IMG/VR virus record: IMGVR_UViG_3300023049_000387
Span: 1-64,000 of that record
Direction: 5' to 3' (one strand)
Length of the DNA: 64,000 bases
DNA from: an uncultured virus (IMG/VR IMGVR_UViG_3300023049_000387)
Lineage: Duplodnaviria; Heunggongvirae; Uroviricota; Caudoviricetes
A model generated the notes under the pieces. The model was given only the letters and a program-made list of their open reading frames with translations. It had not been told where the DNA came from and did no database searches. Shown piece after piece: positions 55,397-64,000 of this stretch. The position numbers and the translations under genes are program-made. Position 1 is the stretch's first letter; the number at the start of each line of letters is the position of its first letter.

Positions 55397-57124
55397 ATGT
55401 CAGTTACTAAATTTTCAGAAATAACCTTTAGTGGTATAAAGGAAGAAATCGAGAGGTATCTAAGAGAGACTTATAATAAAGCTGGTGTGTTGTTCTCCCC
55501 CGCCTCTCCTTATGGTCAGATATTATATGTTGTGCAAAACTTACACCAAATGTCACTATTGTATCTAAAAAACTCAATAAGTCAATTTGACTTAACCAAT
55601 CCAGGGTCTAACAATCCTAGAATAATAAGAAACGAAGCAATAGCAGCTGGTCATATACCAGGTAGAGCAATTAGTTCATCTGGTACAATAAGAATGACAC
55701 TTAAAACAGACTCTGATATATCAAGTAGCATACCTGGTGGTAGAATTACATTTACAAATAGAACTCTAATTAGAAACAATACTAATTCATTAGATTATTC
55801 TATTAACCTAGGCGTTGATACTATCACACATAAGATAACACCAAATTATAGCTTATTCTTACCAATAATTCAAGGTAGGTGGGAAGTAAGGCGATATACA
55901 GGTGATGGATCTCAATTACAAACCTATTCAGTTAGAAATCCTGGACAAAGAGACATAGAAAATTTTAATGTTGAAGTTACTGTTAATGGAGATGTTTGGG
56001 AATCCAAAAAACACATATGGGAAATGATACCAGAAGAAGAGGCATGTGTTATAAGAACTGGGTTTAATGGTGGTGTTGATATAATATTCGGGAACTCTGG
56101 ATTTGGTGCTATTCCAAAGATAGGATCTATTATAACTGTTAATTATTTATTAACAGATGGTTCTAATGGTAATATGTTCAGAAGAACTAGAAATGACTGG
56201 AGATTCGTTGGGGATGTAATAGATGGAAATGGTGAGGTTATTGATCCTACTGATGTATTTAATATAGACATATATACTGATGTAAACTTTGGTGCTGATG
56301 CAGAAAGCATAGAGTTTACCAAAAATATATTACCAATATCTAGTAATAATTTTGTATTAGCATTACCTCAACAGTATGCATATCAAATTAAAAAATTAGG
56401 TGTTTTCTCACATGTTAATGCATATGAAAGGACTGGTACTATATTTATAGTTGCAACACCAAATGTAAGACTATTCAAAAACCAAAATGCTGATTATTTT
56501 ACAATAGATAAAAGAGCCTTTGAGTTAGATAGATATGAAAAATCTAAAATAGATAAATATCTCAAATCTAGTGGAACAATACAACTTACTAGAAAATATA
56601 GAATAGACTCACCAAAATTATCATATTATGTTATGAATGTTTTTGTAATACCATATTCTGACACAACCGATGATTCTGTAAATGCACAAATATTAGATAA
56701 AATATCCGAGTATTTCTTAGATTTGAGAAGAATAGACAGAATACCTAAGTTAGACCTAATACGTGAATTGTCAACTATAACAGATATACATTCGGTTGAT
56801 GTTAAATTCATAAGTAAAAAAAATGAAGACTATCATAGAGAGAATATAAATAGGCAAAAAAATAGCCTAGCTAAATTTGACTCCAAGTACAACAATGATA
56901 TATCCATAAAGAAGTCAGTATCTTATAACCCAAATGAAGTCATTGGATTAGATCCAGTGTTAGGTGATATTATATTTGAACCAGAAGAATTGCCTATAAT
57001 AAGAGGTGGGTTTTATGATCGTAATGATATATACTATTCTACAGATATAGATGTTAATCAAATGAAGTCTGTGAATATAATTAAAAAGGGAACTGTTGAT
57101 TCTAAAAATAAACCAAATTCATAA
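55397..57124 (+). CDS. baseplate wedge protein (T4 gp6 / baseplate J-like)
   Basis: F..IK..I..YL N-terminus, IIFGNSGFGAIP..GS.I.V.YL.TDG..GN, GADAESIE. Confidence 0.8.
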   Translation: MSVTKFSEITFSGIKEEIERYLRETYNKAGVLFSPASPYGQILYVVQNLHQMSLLYLKNSISQFDLTNPGSNNPRIIRNEAIAAGHIPGRAISSSGTIRMTLKTDSDISSSIPGGRITFTNRTLIRNNTNSLDYSINLGVDTITHKITPNYSLFLPIIQGRWEVRRYTGDGSQLQTYSVRNPGQRDIENFNVEVTVNGDVWESKKHIWEMIPEEEACVIRTGFNGGVDIIFGNSGFGAIPKIGSIITVNYLLTDGSNGNMFRRTRNDWRFVGDVIDGNGEVIDPTDVFNIDIYTDVNFGADAESIEFTKNILPISSNNFVLALPQQYAYQIKKLGVFSHVNAYERTGTIFIVATPNVRLFKNQNADYFTIDKRAFELDRYEKSKIDKYLKSSGTIQLTRKYRIDSPKLSYYVMNVFVIPYSDTTDDSVNAQILDKISEYFLDLRRIDRIPKLDLIRELSTITDIHSVDVKFISKKNEDYHRENINRQKNSLAKFDSKYNNDISIKKSVSYNPNEVIGLDPVLGDIIFEPEELPIIRGGFYDRNDIYYSTDIDVNQMKSVNIIKKGTVDSKNKPNS

Positions 57125-57372
57125 TGCTATACGAGAAGAAACAAAATTCTGAATTATTGTTTATGAAAAGCAGACATAATGATAATACTTCCTTTGTCAA
57201 ATATGATGAATCGGTACTAGATAATAGCCTAAGCCCACATATATATAAGAATGATACAATGAATACATTTTTAAAATTACTACAACCTCTTGTATCTATA
57301 ATCCTAGACCACATGAATGTTGTTAAAAACTTCAAAAACTATATCGTTGATAAATACGATTATAAGCAGTAG
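57124..57372 (+). CDS. small protein coupled to the baseplate gene
   Basis: TAATG stop/start overlap. Confidence 0.6.
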   Translation: MLYEKKQNSELLFMKSRHNDNTSFVKYDESVLDNSLSPHIYKNDTMNTFLKLLQPLVSIILDHMNVVKNFKNYIVDKYDYKQ

Positions 57373-57422
57373 AGAAAAACATTTTAGATATTTAATATAT
57401 AACAATAAATATAAACAAACAA

Positions 57423-58109
57423 ATGGCAGATAGTAAAAGAAAGGTAGTTGGATTTAAAAAATTTTCCGACATTAAAAGATCTAAAGTAGAAGAAGTCGAT
57501 TTATCAACTGGTATAAAACCAGATGATGGTTCTGACATACCTATGAATCCTAACTTATCTAGAAAATCTACTAAGATAGAAAAACCAGGTTCTAGTAAGA
57601 ATTTAAAGCCATTTAAGCAAGATGTTAGCTTACCTAATGATAAAGATTTAAAAACAGTTAAGGATTCTGTGAGTAAAACTATTGGTAAGACTGCTAGCCA
57701 AGAAGAAAAGGAAGAGAAAGTATCTAATGAACAAGTAGAAACTATTGGAAGAGTAGCCAAATTTCCTAAGAATGCAGAAGCATCAAAGGCATATAGCTTC
57801 TTAGAGAGCGTTAAAGTGTCTAAAAAGTCAATATGGTATATAATGATAGAGAAGCAAAATAACGAGCTACAGATGGTTAAATACAATTATAAAGAAGGTG
57901 TTAACCTAAACAAGTTTGTGAATGAATTAAAGACATACTATGTGAGTAAGTATAGTGGTAATAAAGAAGCTTGTAGAGTAATAGAAAAAATAGAAGTGGG
58001 TGGAAATGATAAGTTTTCAATGGTCAAGAATATACCTCTTATAGATGTAGATGGGAAGAAAATGATTACGGTTATAACAGAGGACTTGATAAGTCTTTTG
58101 AGCAAATAA
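57423..58109 (+). CDS. hypothetical protein
   Basis: ORF; TAATATATA upstream. Confidence 0.7.
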   Translation: MADSKRKVVGFKKFSDIKRSKVEEVDLSTGIKPDDGSDIPMNPNLSRKSTKIEKPGSSKNLKPFKQDVSLPNDKDLKTVKDSVSKTIGKTASQEEKEEKVSNEQVETIGRVAKFPKNAEASKAYSFLESVKVSKKSIWYIMIEKQNNELQMVKYNYKEGVNLNKFVNELKTYYVSKYSGNKEACRVIEKIEVGGNDKFSMVKNIPLIDVDGKKMITVITEDLISLLSK

Positions 58110-58125
58110 GTAAAATATTTATTAA

Positions 58126-58154
58126 CAAAAAACCACTCATTTGAGTGGTTTTTT
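58126..58154. terminator. bidirectional terminator
   Basis: AAAAAACCACTCA-TT-TGAGTGGTTTTT between convergent genes. Confidence 0.8.
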
Positions 58155-58722
58155 ATATTCTATCCGTGATGTATTTAACTCTTTTCGAAATATCAATATC
58201 AGTTAAATCATAATGATCAATATTTTCTAGTTCTAAGTAAGACTTTATCCATTTCTCTATATTACTTATTTCATTCTCATTATGAAACCTTATTCCGTCA
58301 TTTATATCATTATTAACCATAGATGGTATGTAGAATATGCTATCTATCTTATTTATATGTTTTAATATTTCTTTTTGTAAATGATTTATTGATGCTATAT
58401 CTTTATTTGACAGTTCTTTATCAAATAGTTGCCTAAAGTAAAAATAATTTAGAATAGAGGAGGAATCACAAACAATATAGTCTTTTGTTTTCATAAACAT
58501 TTTCTCCTTGTTAAGTTGTTTATAAAATATAACCATTTGGTCTATTGGTGTATCTGGTGTCCCATATTCAGCTATATAGTCAGTTGCTACCTCTGATACA
58601 AATATAGAATTTATATTATTTTTCTTTAGTGCTGTATGCACCTCAGTTGCTAGTGTAGACTTCCCACTATTAGGTGGCCCAACTACCATTATTATTTTAC
58701 CTTTAGAATTTATATCTTTCAT
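58153..58722 (-). CDS. NadR/AAA_28-like P-loop kinase
   Basis: GPPNSGKST, VSEVA, IVCDSS, DGIR. Confidence 0.75.
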   Translation of the reverse strand: MKDINSKGKIIMVVGPPNSGKSTLATEVHTALKKNNINSIFVSEVATDYIAEYGTPDTPIDQMVIFYKQLNKEKMFMKTKDYIVCDSSSILNYFYFRQLFDKELSNKDIASINHLQKEILKHINKIDSIFYIPSMVNNDINDGIRFHNENEISNIEKWIKSYLELENIDHYDLTDIDISKRVKYITDRI

Positions 58723-59182
58723 AGTTTACAAATGTATAATCATATTCATTTTTATAATCTTTATTATTACTTTCGCTTAGTACTTCAGTCCAGTTTTCAT
58801 CTAGTTCAGGAAATGTGGTATCGCCGTCAAAAGTGTTATGAACGATAGTTAGGTATAACTTATTTGCAATTGGTAGTGCTTGTCTATATATCTCACCACC
58901 GCCAATCACAAAACAATCATTGTTAGTTAACATAAGAGCCTCTGGTAATGAGTTACACATCACACAACCTTCTACTTCATAATCTTCATTTCTAGTAATT
59001 ATTATATTCCTTCTATTTGGAAGAGGTCTACCAATTGATTCATATGTTTTCCTACCCATAACTACTGCACTTCCACTAGTTATGCTTTTAAACCTCTTCA
59101 AGTCATTGGGTAGCTTCCATATTAAAGAATTGTTATTACCAATAACTCTATTTTCTGACATTGCCACTATTATAGATATCAT
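58703..59182 (-). CDS. folA: dihydrofolate reductase
   Basis: IG.NN.L.W.LP.DL..FK, MGRKTYESIGRPLPNRRN, IGGGEIY, GDT.FP. Confidence 0.95.
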   Translation of the reverse strand: MISIIVAMSENRVIGNNNSLIWKLPNDLKRFKSITSGSAVVMGRKTYESIGRPLPNRRNIIITRNEDYEVEGCVMCNSLPEALMLTNNDCFVIGGGEIYRQALPIANKLYLTIVHNTFDGDTTFPELDENWTEVLSESNNKDYKNEYDYTFVNYERYKF

Positions 59183-60360
59183 TATTTGTTAAAAATTTTT
59201 TCGTTATGATTTATCTTAGATATATCATCTTCACTAAACAGTGAAGGATTGATTGATATTAGATTTTTTAGAATTTTAAAATCAGACTTAGCTTCCTCTT
59301 TCCTACCAGTATAATAACTAGCTACCACATTTGCCTCCACAAACTTCCATTCATATAAAGAGTTATCTAAAAATAATATTCTTTGGGGATATGGATTTTT
59401 ACCACAGAAGGTTGACTTTGAAAACTTAGTATAAATATATGCCTTATCCCAATCCCCCATTTGTAAATAATAATCTATAATTGCTTTTATGGATTCGCCC
59501 CTAAGTGGATCTAATGAGTAAGCTTTTAGTAGTTCTTGATGTGTTAAATACCAAGGTTCTTCAAGGCGTTTCATAATAGTACCTATTCTAAACTGTGAGA
59601 AGAATATTTCTTCTTTAAAACCATCTTTTCTTTCAACTCTTTCTTTATAGTAATGCATAGATCTTCTTAGCCTTTCATCATTATCACTTTTTGACTCAGT
59701 TGAAGCTGAGTCATAATAGGACTGTGCGGTGTAGAATATCCATCTTGGATCTGTTCTATCATTATCTATATAATTCTCTAGAATAGATGCATGTGATCTA
59801 TATTTGTCTGAAATATTACCTTGCCACGATGCTCCCTCCATCTTAACATCAACATACAATCCTTTGATTACACCACCTAGACTATATTCTTTTTGTGTTG
59901 GCCTTATAAATTCGTGTACTGGTCCATACCATTCAAATTTTTTTGACAATTTAAAAAAAGTATTTCTAGTATATTTCATCTTACCAATATGTGCACTTAG
60001 CATATAGATATCCTTTAATAAGTTTTTTCTATTAAAGTCTTTGGATATAACTAATGTCTCGTCACAATCTATCCAAAACCCATAAGATTTATCAAGATCC
60101 CATTTAAGTAATTTTGAAGTTTCTATCAACTTCTGCATAGAATGATTTCTACTATTTTCAAAGTTGTCAAATGGTCTATCAAATACATAAGTAGGTATGT
60201 TATTGTCTTTACCAAACTTTTTTATAATATCTTGTGTACCATCCGAAGAACCAGTATCAGTTGCTACTATTAAGTCAACTATTGGCTTAGTTGAATAAAG
60301 CATTTTCTCTATAATATGAGATTCGTTTTTACAAATAAAATTAAGTGCAAGTTTAACCAT
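59182..60360 (-). CDS. GT2 glycosyltransferase with TPR-like C-terminus
   Basis: ICKNES, DTGSSDGT, IDCDE, GPVHE, FY.AQSY.D. Confidence 0.85.
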   Translation of the reverse strand: MVKLALNFICKNESHIIEKMLYSTKPIVDLIVATDTGSSDGTQDIIKKFGKDNNIPTYVFDRPFDNFENSRNHSMQKLIETSKLLKWDLDKSYGFWIDCDETLVISKDFNRKNLLKDIYMLSAHIGKMKYTRNTFFKLSKKFEWYGPVHEFIRPTQKEYSLGGVIKGLYVDVKMEGASWQGNISDKYRSHASILENYIDNDRTDPRWIFYTAQSYYDSASTESKSDNDERLRRSMHYYKERVERKDGFKEEIFFSQFRIGTIMKRLEEPWYLTHQELLKAYSLDPLRGESIKAIIDYYLQMGDWDKAYIYTKFSKSTFCGKNPYPQRILFLDNSLYEWKFVEANVVASYYTGRKEEAKSDFKILKNLISINPSLFSEDDISKINHNEKIFNK

Positions 60361-60450
60361 TAAATTTCTTATTTACTTTTATATAATTAAATATTGGTTA
60401 AGTTTGGTATTTTAATATATAAATTTAAAGAAGCTAAATCTGTATAAAAC

Positions 60451-61466
60451 TCATATATTTAGCTTCTTTAAATTTATAACACGCTTCTCTTCCTTTTGAA
60501 GATTTTCATCAATATAGATATTATAGGATTCTTCATAATTATCTATTACAAAATCTAGTACACGACCACTTGATACTATATTAGTAGAACACCTTGTCCT
60601 ATAAACAGTTGATAAGAATTTAAAATTATCACCAATAGTCAAATTTGTGTTTACCGATTGCAGTGTTATTTCTTTTGTGGTGTTCATATCATGTTCTTGT
60701 CTTATCTCAACAAGCAAATAATAATTAGAAATCCCATATCTAGAAACACCCACGGTTATTATCTTCGAATGTACTGGTATTGTTAAAGTAATTGGAGTGT
60801 TACTACCATCCATCATAAAATCATATTCTAGTATTGTTTTCATTTAATTATTTTTAAAATTTAAAAAATATACATTTAACAAATCATCATTATAACTAAC
60901 TAAACACATCATAGTTGTCACCGTCATCATAACTTTCTTCTTCATTTAAATATAGTGTAGTTATATAAAAATCTGTTGTTACTTGAAAACTTCTACTTTC
61001 TAAAACATATGACATATCTCCTAGTTTCATAAACTCACCAATATTGGGCATTATTATATGTTTAATATCACTTATTTCACTTGGTATGTTATTTTTTAAA
61101 ATGTTCAAGTTAAAAGTTCTTTTATTGGCTTTACACATCTCCACACTAGGCTTTATTTTTAACAAATGCTTCATATTATTCTAATATATGTTTTAATACA
61201 GATTTTCGATATGCTTTTTTGGTAGGTATATAGTAATCCATTTTTTTAACACCAATTATAAAATGTTTAAATTTAGGTGGATATATCTTAACCTTTTCCC
61301 TTTCACTACTATACGAATCAGCATAAACTTTCCGATATATAACAAGTGGTCTTTCTAGATTGTTCCTAAATTTAAAATTTTTCCACATAAATAGTATGTC
61401 ATATCTTTTTGAACTCACTAGTGAACTGAACCATATTTTATCGCTATTGTTCATTTTATTCACCAT
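60451..61466 (-). other. three small hypothetical ORFs (60451-60843, 60896-61174, 61176-61466)
   Basis: co-oriented ORFs behind TATATTTG (~61536-61543, minus strand). Confidence 0.55.
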
Positions 61467-61554
61467 TGACTTTAACTCTTTTTTATGCTTTCTAATATTT
61501 CTATATTATCCATTTATACATTTAATTAACTTATGCAAATATAGGTTAAATAAT

Positions 61555-62028
61555 TTACTCCTCAATCAATATAGACTTCAAATTTGCAGGTGAATAATTG
61601 ATTGATTTCAAAACCTTATTGTCTAGTGTTCTGTATACTAAATACTTTTTACCCTTTTTAACCCAATATGACACCGTGCCATCTTTATCCAAGTAATGCT
61701 TAATAGTTTTATCAGCTTCTTCAATAGAACCACAAGCTTTACTCATATTACTTCTGTGGACTTCGTTGAATATTTCTTCATACTTATCACCTATTCCAAA
61801 TTCTAATATGGCTCCTGATAGCACGTAATTCAAATCTGCAAAAGCATCTGCTATTTCTACCAAATCTTTTTCTCTTATTGCACCAATAAACTCATTTAAT
61901 TCCTCCTTTAGAAGTTCAGCTCTCAAATCACACCTATCTTTAGATGGTATTTGTGGATTATCTAATACTGGTAAGTCAAATAATTTGTGGAACTCTTCTA
62001 CTTTTTTTTCTGCATCTGTGTTTTTCAT
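61555..62028 (-). CDS. MazG-like NTP pyrophosphohydrolase (PRA-PH family)
   Basis: LLKEELNE, EIADAFADLNYV, EVHRSNMSK. Confidence 0.85.
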   Translation of the reverse strand: MKNTDAEKKVEEFHKLFDLPVLDNPQIPSKDRCDLRAELLKEELNEFIGAIREKDLVEIADAFADLNYVLSGAILEFGIGDKYEEIFNEVHRSNMSKACGSIEEADKTIKHYLDKDGTVSYWVKKGKKYLVYRTLDNKVLKSINYSPANLKSILIEE

Positions 62029-62111
62029 TTTGATATCTTTTCTTGTTATATGAAAAATATCTATATGGTTTAATTATTTTAATATATAAGCTATAAAAAT
62101 AAATTATAAAG

Positions 62112-62990
62112 ATGAAAAAAAGATATATCCACACCTTCTCTAATTTCAGAACAGATAAGAATATAAAGCCTGTGATGACTGTAAATGAAGAATTTATAGG
62201 TAAACTATTTAAAGGTTTGAAGAATAAAATATCTATTGGATTTTCTAAAATGTTTGGATCTGCAAAGAAGGTTGAAAAGCTAATGGATGAGTATAAATCT
62301 GAAATACTTTCTTCACAAGAACAAAAGAGAGAAGCCATAAAAAAATACGGTGAATATATAAACTCAGAGAAAGATTCTAAGGATGATATAGATGTAGATG
62401 CACTTAAAAATAATATAAAAAAAGCAACAAAAAACTTTGAAGATGAGGTGAGAATAATAAAAAAGAAATTTGACATTAGATTTGATGAGATTGTGAGAGA
62501 AGAGTCTAATAAGAAGATTAAAAGTTACATAAGTCTTAAGAAGTTAGAAATGCAACAAGATGTACTTAGAAAAGAAACATCTAGTATACTAAATGATACT
62601 GGTCTTACAGAAGATATGGCTAAAGATGATGAATTTTTTAAGAGTATGATTGATGGTATAGAAGAAAAGATATCAAAAAATAAGGAATCTCAAAGTAATA
62701 GAAAGAAAGAGTTAGAGGAAATATCCAAAGATGAAGCTTTTGACTTAAAGAAAGCTAAAGAACTTGCAGAAAATGGCGAGGAATATGAATGGAATGGTTC
62801 TCCTTATCTAGAAAAGGGTTTTAGTAAGGGGGATAAAATAGCCTATTTTTCTAAGGGAAATAAGGATAAGACTAACGCAATAGTAATATCTAATAAAGAT
62901 GGTTTTGTTGAAATAGAAACAGAAGAATCAAAACAAGATAGTAAAACATTTGATATCAAAAAAAGTTCTATTATTGAACTAGTTGAATAA
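62112..62990 (+). CDS. coiled-coil hypothetical protein
   Basis: ORF; late motif upstream. Confidence 0.7.
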   Translation: MKKRYIHTFSNFRTDKNIKPVMTVNEEFIGKLFKGLKNKISIGFSKMFGSAKKVEKLMDEYKSEILSSQEQKREAIKKYGEYINSEKDSKDDIDVDALKNNIKKATKNFEDEVRIIKKKFDIRFDEIVREESNKKIKSYISLKKLEMQQDVLRKETSSILNDTGLTEDMAKDDEFFKSMIDGIEEKISKNKESQSNRKKELEEISKDEAFDLKKAKELAENGEEYEWNGSPYLEKGFSKGDKIAYFSKGNKDKTNAIVISNKDGFVEIETEESKQDSKTFDIKKSSIIELVE

Positions 62991-63675
62991 TATGAGAAAT
63001 AGCAAAAATTTATATAGGAAAAAATTAGAAAAGATTTTTAAAAAGATTGACCTATTGGCTTCAAGAGGAAGGGATAGTGAATTAAAATTTTTCAAATATA
63101 TTAATGAATTACTTGACAAGGGAGACTATACAACACTTGTAGAGGCTCTATACATATATTATAACATAGATGTATCAAAAGAGTCAGATGTTAAATCACA
63201 TAGGCTTAAAACGTGGTACAGAGTATGTGAACAGACCAATTCAAAATTTTCTAAACGCTTAAACACATTACTAAAAAGGTTAGCAAAAGAATGGAGTACA
63301 GAACTAAGTAGTGATGGGATCAAATACCTAGAAGTATACCAAGTGGGACTTGGGGTATTTGTTAAGAAAGAGGACAATGCATCTGTTGTGTCGGACATTT
63401 TAATAGGATATATAAGAGAGGTTGATGATTTTTTAGATGAATCTAAATACCATATTAAAAATAAACACTATGCAAAACTTATTGGTGATAGGAAAACTCT
63501 TGTAGAAATAGAATATAATAAAGTCACAGAGGAAGGTATAGTTATAAATGGATTAATAGAGTTAATTGACACACCACCAGATTCTACACTAAGCGAAGAT
63601 CATAAGCTTATAGAAAGATACGAGATTGCATTAAATATGCTAATTGATGAATATGAAAATCCTACTGATATTTAG
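62983..63675 (+). CDS. hypothetical protein
   Basis: ORF track. Confidence 0.65.
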   Translation: MNNMRNSKNLYRKKLEKIFKKIDLLASRGRDSELKFFKYINELLDKGDYTTLVEALYIYYNIDVSKESDVKSHRLKTWYRVCEQTNSKFSKRLNTLLKRLAKEWSTELSSDGIKYLEVYQVGLGVFVKKEDNASVVSDILIGYIREVDDFLDESKYHIKNKHYAKLIGDRKTLVEIEYNKVTEEGIVINGLIELIDTPPDSTLSEDHKLIERYEIALNMLIDEYENPTDI

Positions 63676-63740
63676 ATTGGTAGTAAATGATATCCTAAAC
63701 TTTTGTACTCATTGATACTATAATAAATAAAAGTTTAAAC

Positions 63741-64000
63741 ATGGCAACAAATATAAAAGCAGTAGATTTTCAAATATTGACTAAACACTACAAGACATAC
63801 AGATTAGGTGTTGGTAAGATAGAAGAAAAGAAGAAAGAATTTTTAAATGAATTAGAGCCTTATAAAAAGGAAATAAACAAACTTTTAAAAGATTCTTCAA
63901 GCAATGGCAAGAGAGATGAAAAAACTGATATGCAAATACAGACAGTATCAGAGAAAGCATTAGATTTGGAAAAGGGATTTAAAGAAGAATTGAAAAAGAT
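63741..64000 (+). CDS. partial ORF, weakly Skp/OmpH-like (MATNIKAVDFQIL + coiled coil)
   Basis: open to window end. Confidence 0.45.
   Translation, partial: MATNIKAVDFQILTKHYKTYRLGVGKIEEKKKEFLNELEPYKKEINKLLKDSSSNGKRDEKTDMQIQTVSEKALDLEKGFKEELKK

Noticed and set aside
3697..63398. Many antisense ORFs nested in longer genes (e.g. 3697-4035, 35085-35657, 51105-51497, 57392-57886, 61976-62476)
   Set aside because: Ser/Leu/Phe-rich shadows of real genes on the opposite strand.

Overview
AT-rich segment of a large T4-like ('huge/jumbo') myophage genome, probably infecting a Bacteroidota host (TAnnTTTG promoters, Bacteroidota-like NusA). It encodes virion proteins (gp13/gp14-like neck, gp6-like baseplate wedge, tail-tube-like), DNA/nucleotide metabolism genes (gp32 SSB, exonucleases, NrdB, IMPDH/GMPR, Gmk, DHFR, Dam), NusA, ClpC, an endolysin, homing endonucleases, a 5'-truncated TnpB and four tRNA clusters (~23 tRNA genes). 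Main observation: each of the three tRNA clusters whose upstream region is visible lies behind an unannotated leader peptide, an antiterminator and an intrinsic terminator. Each leader is enriched in codons for the amino acids of its own downstream tRNAs (Ile-ATA/Ala/Gly; Leu/Asn/Thr/Arg/Val/Ile/Met/Cys; Pro/Gln/Asp). This suggests ribosome-sensed, on-demand tRNA resupply by attenuation. Also notable: two tRNAs with a rearranged fold (D-loop-like motif 3' of the anticodon arm), and a minimal chimeric type I CRISPR-Cas locus (Cas7fv/Cas5fv-like, Cas6, stand-alone Cas3, no Cas8/Cas1/Cas2 at the locus) with a type II-C-like 36/30-nt array containing an internal boxA-like element. All calls are by eye; no searches were run.
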